DNA of 63,916 nt, counting the filler, from Collodictyon triciliatum (taxonomy: Eukaryota): NCBI GenBank assembly GCA_043381765.1. It is 8 parts of 8 records of this genome, joined end to end, with 100 filler letters (N's around TTAATTAATTAA, not from the genome) between each part and the next. Parts side by side here need not be neighbours in the genome. Positions count along the whole stretch, not along the records: positions 1 to 8,768 come from JBHJMP010003288.1; positions 8,869 to 17,635 come from JBHJMP010003289.1; 6 more parts are not named here. One strand, 5' to 3'. The notes beneath the pieces were generated by a model. The model saw only the letters and a list, made by a program, of their open reading frames with translations. It did not search any database and had not been told where the DNA came from. Of the stretch, positions 1-11,423 are shown in pieces (within the stretch, counting starts at the first letter, position 1; each line of letters opens with the position of its first letter). Position numbers and translations under genes: made by a program.

Positions 1-39
<39 letters not shown>

Positions 40-59
40 AAATCAGAATTATTGTAACA

Positions 60-2305
60 GATAGCATTTTGAATTTTCCATCCATAAAAGTAATTGTGGC
101 ATGTTGTAGACTAGTGCACAACTTTTTCGACAGATAAAGTCGTTGGCTAATTTTAATCAAATGAAAGAACCCAAGGTATTAAACTATGATACGAAATTTC
201 GATGTCGCTCGTGAAAGAAAAATAATCTTTTTTAGGCTAAATATCCTGACGTTGAGAAGATATTTGATATTTGGTTCCGAAAATGGATAATTGAACAAGA
301 AAAAATGTTTTTCGAATACACCCACCGCATCATGAAAGTTGAGACGTGGGATACAATCGGGAGAAATGGGTTTGGCGCTATTTTTAATTGATATATGCCG
401 AAAATGTGCATTTGATTCCTTTAATTATGATTCGGATATATGCCTGACGACGCGATATTCGACAGGAAAATTTCTGCGGTGATTGATTTATCGTCTCTTT
501 TTGGCCAACTCATTAAGATATATGAAGGGTTGTGCATCTTTTCGGCCAGTCCTCTTGTAGAATATTCCAGGCTGGTTGCTTACTCGACAAATATCTTTGT
601 TGAGTGCGTAAAATCATGCGTGGTTCCTCGAGTAATTTATTTTGGAAAACAACTAATAATCAAAGACCTGAATTTTTTGGAGGGAAAAATGATGAGTAAA
701 AAACTCAGATTTTTCTTTTCTTTTTTTTTTCTGTTCATAAAGGGTGAATTTGTTCCTGAGATGATGAAGCTACTTCCAGTATTTAATAACCCTACAAGGT
801 ATATTATGAGCATCTCCTCTCGTCGTAAATTTGGAAACACCATACCCATCAGTAAAATACTAATTCACTCATGAGTTAGTAAGGGAGCTTCATTAAAGAG
901 GACAGGATACCCAAAAATCTCTGAACATGCTCAGAAAATATTATCAGAGCAGGACCCAATATCTGTAATTCTTAAGTTATGGAGAAACCCTACATAAGAA
1001 TAATTGCCACTGGAATCTAATCACACATTGTATTTATATAATTGAAGATTCCGTATGTATTTATAAAAGCTCAATATTCATAGGTTTGTGTTCGGTGCAG
1101 AAGTCTCGCATTACTTGCGGAGGAAATGAAAAAAACTTTCAACGAAATCCAAGTTGCATTAGCAACCACTTCATATATCAATCATCAGGATATAGTGTCT
1201 GAGATTCTAGGGTATGTGGCTCTTTTTTTTTTCTTTTTTCTTTTTTGATGTTATTTCACTACATATTTTTTTTGCTTGCTTGGTAGATTAATGTTGTTTA
1301 CATTAAGGCATGCAAAGTCCATAAATGAAAAATTAGCTGGTGTATCCCGAATAATTACAGATTACATAGGTAATGTATTGGGTATCAGAACGTTCATGTT
1401 TTCACGAAATGATTTTGATTTCTTCTTGTAAAAAAAAAAAAATACATACTAATAATCAGGAGCACGGATAGTGTTTTATGACTTAAGAGAGACATTTTTG
1501 CATGGTTTGTACATTCCAAGTGTTGAATCTTCGAGGGTGAAGAGGGTTCTTGAAGATGTTCAAGTCATAATGAACGAAGTGAATAAGCTTGGTATACATT
1601 ATAATAAGTAGAAGAGAAAAAATCATTTTTCAAAAAGCCTATTACTCATAGTTGTTTACCGGAATAGGATTTTCACAGGTCCTCATGAAAATTGTTATGG
1701 CCTCTGTCCAAAAAGAATTCTTTTACTGCTACAAGTTGGTGAGTTATGGTTTGTATGGAGCAAATAAGATAATCATTCATATATGAGATTTCTCTTCTAA
1801 ATCATCTTGACCAGGGTTATGATAGACAAATATTTAATAGCCTGCTATATTTTCTTTATTTAAGGTTTTGTTCGACCTCGATAACCAAAGGAAATATTAC
1901 TCTTTAAACTCCCAAAAAGGAAAAGACAGCCAGGGTCGGTCAAAAATATCTGTCGATGTGATTTTTGACGACGATGTTAAGGTAATTTTTCGTTCTTTTG
2001 TTTTATTTTGTCGTTTTTCGTTTTGTTTTCTTTATCTCACTTTTAAATAATAATCAGGCGTCTGCAATCTACTTTACTGGGAAGGAAGGTACTCGTCATG
2101 CCTCTCACAATGTTCAACCCCACTTATGACGATATGCACGTATCTTGAATCTGAATTTTAAGGCATACCCTTAAGATTGTATAAATATGACCTCCAGACC
2201 CACAGTTCTTAAGCACGTGGTGGTCTTTTACGTCTCTCTTCACCCTTACCCCAGTCGAACTCATTAAAGTATTCCTTTTTAAAACCCCTATATTTATTTA
2301 TTAAT

Positions 2306-2384
<79 letters not shown>

Positions 2385-2759
2385 TTCATCTTTCTTTACA
2401 TTTGACTTAATTGCGAGATACGGGAGACGTGATGCTGTAATTTGTAATTGGTCTGTATCTTAAAAAAAAAAATAACAAAATATCACACCCCACTTATTCA
2501 CCCAAGCACTTTGAAGAGACTGCGAAGGAAGGCTCAGACATGGCAGAACTGACTGCTCATCTGATAGTTATGGCAGAATCGAGTGTGAGTGTCCCTCTTA
2601 TTTTCATCTCATCGAATGAATATAAAAAAAAAAATTCTGGCACCGATTATTGTGCCCTACAGTCAACTGTGTCTTGCAATCTATCCTTTCTCAACCGGCT
2701 CTATGCCACATCCTTAGGAAACCAAAGCGTTTTTAAAAAAGATGAAGCTTAGTTTCTGA
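60..2759 (+). CDS. Munc13-homology (MUN/DUF810, PATROL1-like) protein, multi-exon, 5' end missing
   Basis: Manually spliced exons give WFRKWIIEQEKMFFEYTHRIMKVETWDTI (MHD1-like), GARIVFYDLRETFLHGLYIPSVESSRVKRVLEDV (~1460-1560, resembles the MHD2 segment of plant PATROL1) and C-terminal AHLIVMAESS|ETKAFLKKMKLSF* (TGA 2757-2759). Confidence 0.7.
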
Positions 2760-2941
2760 GTAGACTCCAAGGAGCTCCACAAATCTGAATAAAAAAAAAA
2801 AAATAATAAAAAAAGGGCAATTAAAGTATGTGGAAACCATAAATTTTCTTTCGAACAAGCCACAAAGAGCACACCACGAATCGTTTGGCAAAGAAACAAA
2901 GCGGGTCAAAACAAGACAATACTTTATTTCAAGATAGGACG

Positions 2942-5310
2942 ATGAGTGAAGACGTTGCAGCGAAGGAAGTTGCGGCGCGGGATGACGACGAAGTGGAGCC
3001 CACAGACTTTGGGGGTGATGATGACGTAGAGGAGGAACGTGACCCGGTCTCGTCGACAAGTGCGCCTGTGGATCCAAACGCTGGGCTCTCAAAGAACGCA
3101 ATCAAGAGAAATCTGCGACGCCAACGAATGAAGCAGAAGTGGCGGGAGGAGCGCGAGAGGGAGAAACGTGTCCGTCGTGAGCACAAGGAGAAGATTACGA
3201 AGATCATAGAGGAAGCGAAAGGTTGTTATTACTTTCGTTTTCATTTTCGTCTTTTTTTCTTTTTTCTTTTCCTTTTCTTTTTATTTTCTTTTTATTTTCT
3301 TTTTATTTTCTTTTTATTTTCTTTTTATTTTCTTTTTATTTTCTTTTTATTTTCTTTTTATTTTCTTTTTTTTTTCTTTTTATTTTCTTTTTATTTTCTT
3401 TTTATTTTCTTTTTATTTTCTTTTTATTTTCTTTTTATTTTCTTTTTATTTTCTTTATATTTTCTTTATATTTTCTTTATATTTTCTTTATATTTTCTTT
3501 TTCTTTTTCTTTTTCTTTTTCATTTTCTTTTTCATTTTCATTTTCATTTTCTTTTTCTTTTTCTTTTTCATTTTCTTTTTCATTTTAATTTTCATTTTAA
3601 TTTTCATTTTTAAATCCAGCTTGCTTCCTCCTATCACCTATAATACACTCCACTGGACTAAAATGAATATTATGAACGCTCAAAATGAAGTTGCCGGGGT
3701 AGCACCAGATTTTTCTGAAATACAAACACCGAAGGAGGTTCTGAAGAAACATCGCAAACAAAGATTTCGCGCAGATGACATGATTCTGACAGATCAGAAG
3801 ATTGTGGTAGACATGCAATTCGATGAGCTCATGCTAGAAAAGGTTTTACATTTATTGTTGCTGTTATGTGTGTGGTAGTGCATTCCACAATTCGAAATAA
3901 GGGGGGAGGGGGGATCTGTTATGTGTATACTCATGTTATATCAACATAAATCACAACACACTATCTTATACAAGTTCTATCATCGCAGGAACTTTCGAGC
4001 CTTCGAAAACAAGTGATGTATATTCATGCGTTTAATCGGAGGAATTCGAAACCTGTACATGTACACCTTACATCCGTGAATCCGAAGCAAAAGGATGAAC
4101 TTGTGAACATGTATGCAGACCGCTGGAAAGTAAGTAATCATTGAATGTGTACTTCATTGTTCATTTCAGCAGAAGTAACGTCGTATGTTAGTGTGTTCAT
4201 TGTATGAATTATTCTGCCTTTCATTTTTTTTCTTTTTCTTTTTTCTTTTTCTTTTTCTTTTTCTTTTTCTTTTTCTTTTTCTTTTTCTTTTTTCTTTTTT
4301 CTTTTTCTTTTTTCTTTTTCTTTTTTCTTTTTCTTTTTTCTTTTTTCTTTTTCTTTTTTCTTTTCTTTTTCTTTTTTCTTTTTTTCTCTTGTCTTATATT
4401 TATTTATTAATTTCAGTGTCTTGAGAGGGATTTCTTTTAAAAAAAAAAAACTTCCACACAAATAGTTTTGTGATATGTAAACGATCATGCCCTGCTCTTT
4501 TAAAATGCAGGACTATTTGTAACGACTGTAGGGCATTAACATCGAAGATAAGCCTTATACGGAGCTTTTCTCAAAGGAGAATCTAGTTTATCTCACCGCA
4601 GATTCGGAGGAAATTATCGAAAAATATGAAGATGATAAGATATACATCATCGGAGGACTTGTAGATCATAACCGATACAAGGTAAGTTAGAATGCAAAGT
4701 GCTATCTATGCGACATAATTTACTTTACATTAAACTTATTCATTCTAATTCTTCTCATCACGGCATATGCTGGTGTACCCTTTGATCGGGACCTTCTTTT
4801 TCTTTTTTTTCTCTAAAACTATAAAATTAGGGGAGGTGCCAAGAAATTGCAGTGTCGCAGGGCATAAAGACCGCCAGGCTACCCATCGATGAGTACGTAA
4901 AGCTTGAGACTCGCAGGGTTTTAACGGTCAACCAAGGTATTTTCGTACATGTCGTATGATTACTTGTTTATTCATTGTTTATTCATTGTTTATTCATTGT
5001 TTATTCATTGTTTATTCATTGTTTATTCATTGTTTATTCATTGTTTATTCATTGTTTATTCATAATTTATTCATTTTGTTCATGAAGATGTGTAATTAAG
5101 CAATAATTATATAATTGAGTAGTTTTTGAGATTCTACTTAATGTGCGAACTAATGGCGGAAACTGGAAGGAAGCCTTTCTTCAGTCCATACCAGCCAGAA
5201 AAGGTGTGTCCGAAAAGGTGGATGACCATGAAGACTGTAGTGATGATTATGATGATGAAGATCATGCTACCAAGTTAGATGAACAGAGCCTTAAGCCACC
5301 ACCAGAATAA
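2942..5310 (+). CDS. TRM10: tRNA (guanine-N1/m1G9) methyltransferase, TRM10 family, multi-exon
   Basis: LSKNAIKR basic N-terminus; [71 protein letters not shown]; stop TAA 5308-5310. Confidence 0.93.
3244..3611. repeat. intronic pyrimidine-rich low-complexity repeat (TTTTCTTTTTA-like, TTTTCA)
   Basis: Directly visible within TRM10 intron 1; it generates the spurious F/L-rich ORFs in the ORF track. Confidence 0.9.
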
Positions 5311-5586
5311 AACAAGCTCTATAATTATTTTCATTCTTTATTTTATTTTGCTTTATTTTATTCTATGGTCGATGAACAATGTGGTTAGAATCGGGGCTAT
5401 CTAAGGAGGGCATTCTGGGAGAAGGATTTGCAAACCCCAACAAAGGATATCAAACTCCAGTAATTGGATCATGGTCTGGCTTTTTTTTTTTTTTTTCATT
5501 TATTCGATTCAAAGATGATGGTCTGGTTTTATTCTTTCTTTATCTCATTCATACTATGTAAGACTTGGTTTTGTAAAGGACAAAAG

Positions 5587-8500
5587 TTAGAAATCCACAT
5601 GTTTCAAATTTCCCATCTCTTTCAAATCCATAATCATTTTCTGCCTTTGAAAAAATGGTAAGGCAAAAGAAGCTACAAAAGAAGAGGATAGCCATATCGT
5701 ATTTAGGGTAATCAGTAACACAGTAATCCATGTTTGAGAACCTAAGAGGCTGGATAAGAGGGCGAGAAAAAATGACACGAATATCAAGTATAAACTAGAG
5801 AGTTCCATACGATTGTCAACCTCTGATTTATATGGGAGGTATTTGACCTGCATCCAAATCGACACCTAAATTTAAAATATCAGCAAATTGGGAAATAAAA
5901 TGTTTAGATATACTCTGGAATCAAAAGAAACCTGGATGACAACAACAATCAGCAAAAAGAATATTGACTGGCTTGTGTAAGGAACTACGCTGGTTATAAA
6001 AGAAAATGCTACTCTTCGGGCGATAACAATAAATTCCCAGAATCGAAATCCCTAATTTTATCATATGTTACAATTCAAACGATTACTCTATGCAAACAAA
6101 AAAAAAAAGGATTAATGATTTTTCTGAAAAAAAAAAGCATTATAAAGGAAAAAATGCTACCTCTCTATATGGTTGGTACAAAAACCCATATCGTAACTCT
6201 GATTTATAATCTACTTTGTCTAGCGAGGGTTTAATTTTGCTCCAAATAAACCAAGGAAATCCGATCAAAAATAACACAAATACGGGGATAGATAGCCCCA
6301 ATAAACTTTTGTATTCATTGGAAGCTGGACTGCATTCAATCCACGGCGAGTGATTCAGATACCAAGTTTTGTTGCCTGTGTCATAAATTGTACAACCAAA
6401 AACTCCAAATACCTCTCTCGTGACCGAAAAATAGATGAAAAACAAAAGGTTGGATGTTATAAAGACAACCTATTAATAAAATGGAATGAGGCACTTATAT
6501 AAAGATACACTCAAGCATTGCATCAAGATTTTTCATGGATTATTAATAATTGTATCAAATTACCTTATTCCTCGTATGTTCAGACCCAAAGTTATATAAA
6601 ATGCTCCCCGCAGTTACAAAAATTGGAATCCTCAAGAAACTTAGAGATAAATTATAAAACAAACTGTTAATTCCGAAAGTGCAAGAGACATTTGGAAATT
6701 GAATAGAAGCTGTTGTTGATGATATATCTACAAAGCTATTCGCATCCTCCGACAAGACAAGTCCCGAAGATAATATCGAAAGTGTTTGCAAATGCAACAT
6801 TACAATCCTGAGTTTGGCTGCATATTATGTGATACGTTAGAGAGGATATAGCATCATTTTGCTTTTACATTTTTTTTATAAAAAAAAAAAAGATGTTATA
6901 GAAAAACCTGACTGCGAAGAGTTGGAATTGTAAAGATACATGACGAACATGAGGAAGCCCAAAAGCACTAGAGCGAGAGTTATATATATTGTCGTATTTT
7001 CGCATTTAACGCACGACCTTCCTTGATTTCCGAATCCGCTTTGACACTTCGAACATGCATGGTCTTCATATCCGTCTTCACATAATTTTGACGTGATTGT
7101 TGTCGAATTTGAATTGATTCTTTTCTCTGGAAGAAAAGTTTCACATGATTCAATACGTGGGCAAAGAAGGAGTGACTTCACCTGAACTACATTTGGAGAG
7201 GCATGACAAAATTTCATTGACAACCCATCGACGCACTCACATTCCCTTGGGCACTTTATGCAGTTGTCGCCAAACCCAAAATATCCCGGTAAACATTGAC
7301 AAAATTCATAATCGTAATAGGTAGGGTTCAACTCAACTTTGGTTTCGACTTGACCTGATTTGGAGATGATGGACGGGCAAATGTATAGATTTGACTTATC
7401 TTCTAGATTGAATGGACTTGTGTAGTTCATGAAAGAAGGAAGAAAATTAGCTGTTCCGTGACTTAATAGCGTATTTTTTAGTCGCAAACTTTCAAGTCTA
7501 GTAAATCGTTTGTATGATTCTGGAATGCTCCCAGATATAGGATTTCCAGACAGTTCTAAGTCAGTCCAAACAAGCAGGCTGTCCAATTCACCGAGATTAT
7601 CGATTCGGTTGTTTTTTAGGCTTAGAACTTTCAAGTTTGGGATATATTCAAATAATCTCCAATTTAACTGCCCAGACAAACTGTTGTCATCAAGGAGTAC
7701 ATTCTCGAAAGTTATTTCTCCATAACCAATCATAGGGGATAGGAACAAACCGACGTCACCAGAGAACAGGTTATGTCTCAAATCAATTGTGAGAATATTT
7801 GGTAGATTCCAAAAGAGGGGTGGTAAAGTTCCATAAAATTTGTTATGGGATACAGACAGGTATCTTAAGTGAGTCAAATCTTCAAATATAACCGGTATCA
7901 TTCCCTCTAAATTGTTTCGAGACAAATCGATGTATTGTATGGCTGGGATATTCCAGTCAGACGTGATGGAATCACTTATTTCATTCTCACTAACGTCCAT
8001 TCTTTGCAAATTAGGTAGGGCAAAAGATGGCAAGGAGCCCCCCAAATTGTTTCGGAAAATCAATATCTCTTCGATGAAGGGACAATTTTTGAACAAAGGA
8101 ATATTTCCAGAAAGATAGTTATCATATGATGCAAAAAATTTCAACCTTTTCAGTTTTGAGAACTCTGGGATTGTACCTATGGCATTTTAGATATTCGACT
8201 AAGATGATTTTTTATATTGGGTCTCGATGCGATGAAAAGAAAAAAACTTTACAGAATCTGATCAATTAAAGACACCATTCAGTTTATTTCCTGATACATC
8301 CAATGTTTGCAAAGTGGGCAATAGTGTAAAATCAGGAATACTTCCTAAATGTGTTTTTTTTTTTTTTGGTTATTTGATGCGTTTCTATCAAAAAGTTACA
8401 AGCTTTTATGTATAATTGAACTACCTTTTAAATCATTATTAGAAAGATTGATTAAAATTGATTTTCTAATATTCCTAAAATCAGGTATCGTTCCTATTGA

Positions 8501-8660
8501 ATTTTCAATTTCATTTTCATACTATGTAAGCCGTAGAAATTGATCATTAGAAGTAAATTTAAATATTCGGCATTTAAAACAAAAATCCCACCAGTCAGCT
8601 GGTTACTAGATAAATCTAACGACAGAATATTTTGAATCTTGCCGAAATCAGGGACACTGC
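5587..8660 (-). CDS. LRR + Cys-rich + ~7TM receptor-like protein (paralog A), 5' end cut by contig end
   Basis: Plant-type LxxLxLxxNxLxGxIP repeats (ORF 6876..8144), CxCxPGYFG/CxxC Cys-rich region, then hydrophobic exons (6555-6800, 6140-6445, 5587-5865). Colinear with 55568..60012. Confidence 0.85.
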
Positions 8661-8672
8661 CTGCATCAAATT

Positions 8673-8768
<96 letters not shown>

Positions 8769-8868
8769 NNNNNNNNNNNNNNNNNNNNNNNNNNNNNNNN
8801 NNNNNNNNNNNNTTAATTAATTAANNNNNNNNNNNNNNNNNNNNNNNNNNNNNNNNNNNNNNNNNNNN
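8769..8868. other. artificial contig linker (44N-TTAATTAATTAA-44N)
   Basis: The same 100-nt six-frame-stop spacer recurs at 17636-17735, 26515-26614, 35377-35476, 44239-44338, 53096-53195 and 61972-62071. Confidence 0.98.
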
Positions 8869-9125
8869 CCCATAAGAACCACAGCATATGTCCCCTTGTG
8901 ACTGTCCAGAGTATTCTAGAGTCGTGGGTCATTTGGTATTGTGGGCCAAACAGGATGTCAGACGCGCTGAGTCGATTGGGAGCATAATCAAGCTCAGAGA
9001 GCATCTTGTGGGTAGACTCTGTCACTTTTTGAGCAAGGGAGCACTTCACAAATGTGTGTTCGATAGAGATATCTCAACTATGGCACATGGTGTATTCTGG
9101 AGAGGTCGCTGCTGCGTGGACTATA
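8869..9125 (-). mobile_element. degenerate non-LTR retrotransposon ORF2 C-terminal fragment (zf-RVT-like)
   Basis: Minus frame reads SPEYTMCHS*DISIEHTFVKCSLAQKV...DILFG...ILWTVTRGHMLWFLW, a decayed CxxC..HxFxxC knuckle plus the LW.LW tail typical of L1/Tx1-type ORF2; one in-frame stop. Confidence 0.6.
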
Positions 9126-9158
9126 ATTATTGAATACTAAATTTGACACAAAAACTAG

Positions 9159-9761
9159 CTTTATAGAAATGTTGCCCACCAGATCGAAAAGTATGCAAAG
9201 AAGTGTAAAGCGAACGACAAACTTTCCCTCCTTTACACAATAGATTACGTCGCCTGTTCTTCGGTGGAAAAGGTAACCGTATTCCTTTCTATTACAAAGT
9301 ATCGTCATATTCTATTCATCTAGACCCGTTCATGCGAAGGAATTGTGTGTTAGGTTTTTTTAGCTTTGTTTTCTTCTCTCATGTAACTTTTTCCTTCTTT
9401 TTCTGTTTTATTTGTCTCAGTGCGGAAAAAATGACGTCTACTCTGGGCGATTTTCAAATAACATACTCCAAATGATGGTCCACATACTTCAATGTCCTAA
9501 GAGTGATCTCGTAAGTTTTCCTCTCCCGTCCTTTCGTTCTTTCTACCGGAAATTAAATCTATATTTGTATATATCAATCCTTTCAATTTGTGCGAGATGA
9601 TGAAAATAAAGCCTGGCTATGTAAAAGACAAATATAATTGGTCTTGATACATGTAGGGCAGTGTACGACGAGTTGTAGATTTATGGAGCACTAGGAATGT
9701 TTTCTCTAAAGATGTAGTGACCAAAATTATGCAAGACTTAAATGGCCTGGATGCCAAATAA
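9159..9761 (+). CDS. CTD-interacting domain (CID) protein, SCAF4/SCAF8/Nrd1-type, last three exons
   Basis: Exons 9159-9272, 9421-9510, 9657-9761 splice to LYRNVAHQIEKYAKKCKANDKLSLLYTIDYVACSSVEK|CGKNDVYSGRFSNNILQMMVHILQCPKSDL|GSVRRVVDLWSTRNVFSKDVVTKIMQDLNGLDAK*, matching the recalled SCAF8 CID pattern (EKFIQKCK..LYVIDSI..DVFAPRFSNNI..RVLNLWQKNNVF). Confidence 0.75.
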
Positions 9762-11423
9762 ACAGATAGTCCATCCCCAGCCCAAAGCACATTTGCCTTG
9801 CTGGTAGGAAAGATTGATCAAATTCAAAACATATATTTTTTTAAAAAAACAATAGTAATATTATAGCTTCGCTAAATAATCTTGCATATCTTTTTGTATT
9901 AGAGCCACACTACCGCCCGTGACCTGCTTCAATTGATGAGTTCCTCGCAATCAACTTCCAGTAGCCCTGTATGAATTCAGAATTTTCTCCTTTTTTTTTC
10001 CATCCCTCTGTTTTGTGCGATGTGGTGGAGGTTTTTGATTTGGTTTGCAAGCCATAATTTGCATGGAAATTAATTTGAGATGAGTTAGAGTATTGGTGTT
10101 TGATTAGTCCCATGTTCTATGTACTGAACCACTCTCACGGGGTTTGATTTTGAGTGGTGTAATGGTGAGGAATTTTGAATTAATAGGCTACTTTTGTCAT
10201 GTAGCAGCGTTAAGATTCAAAGAAGTCCGTGATAGGAACTGGAGACTGCTTTTGCTTTAATCGACTCCCCATGACCAGAAACAATATCGTGTAGTTATAC
10301 CACCAACCGATTAAAGAACAGAGGGACAAAAAAAAAAAACCAAACGACGAAATGGCTCTTGTTTTACCAGAACACAACGTAGTTGCTCTGAAATTATTTT
10401 ATTTTTATTTTTATTTTTATTTTTATTCACAACAGACTAGTACTTGCTCTAAGTGAAATAATATGTCGAGGGTTCCTGTCCTCTACTGTAACCTGAGGTC
10501 GAGGCATCCGGCTCGGCATAGCGGAGAAATAAAATTGTCGGCTTAAGGCGATTGGTGCGGGTGCAACCAAGAAATCCCCGCCTGCGGCCGAAAAAAATGA
10601 ATACATAGCATCTGGAAATTATACAAAAAATTATATACACCCGCATAACTGCTAAAAACTTACAGCATGAATAATTATTATTACTGTAATCAATTATGAT
10701 TATGCATCCATGCTTGATTATACTAATACAGAACCAAATAGAGTCAAATATTTGTCTTTCGTCGAATTGTACCCAAAGGGGATTCACAATGAACCTTTCC
10801 GCCAAAGCGACGTCCAAAATTCCACATTTATATAATTTCCAATTCAAATGAAACATCACGAAAGCTGTGGTCTTGTATTTGGCGGGAAAATAGACCACAA
10901 GGACGAAATTTTATCCAAATTAAAATTATTTAATAGTAAAAATTGATGAAGACAAAACATTTACTATTTGTGGAATATATAATTCGTTCATACTGAACAT
11001 TTACCAAAAGTAGCATATTGTTCATTGAATGGGCGGGAATTTTTTTGCTCGTACCGACAAATAATCAGGGGACTACTTAATGATTTTGACAGAAGCCCAG
11101 CCGCTGGTACAGTATATAAACACGGTGGTACATTCCACATAAATCGGAGGTGGACTTGATGACCGCCACACAGCTGCACAGCCACTTTCCATTGGGCGAT
11201 CAGTCACAAGCGAGGCACGAGCGGTGTATTCTGACATGTGGGTAATCCGTGGAGGCCACAGCAAATGTCTGTACAAAATGATGACGCCGTGCGGAGGACT
11301 AGAACCACGAAGGGTCACCTCCCTGCGCACCCAGGAATCGGCTGAGTAGATGAGTTGGGGAATCGCTCCTTGGCCAACAGCAATCATATAGACTTTTGAC
11401 ATCGTACCCATCACAGACCGCTT

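Noticed and set aside
3223-4488. Long F/L/S- or K/E-rich ORFs here and at 36677, 43795, 44287 and 44540
   Set aside because: Translations of stop-free microsatellites in introns or at contig ends.
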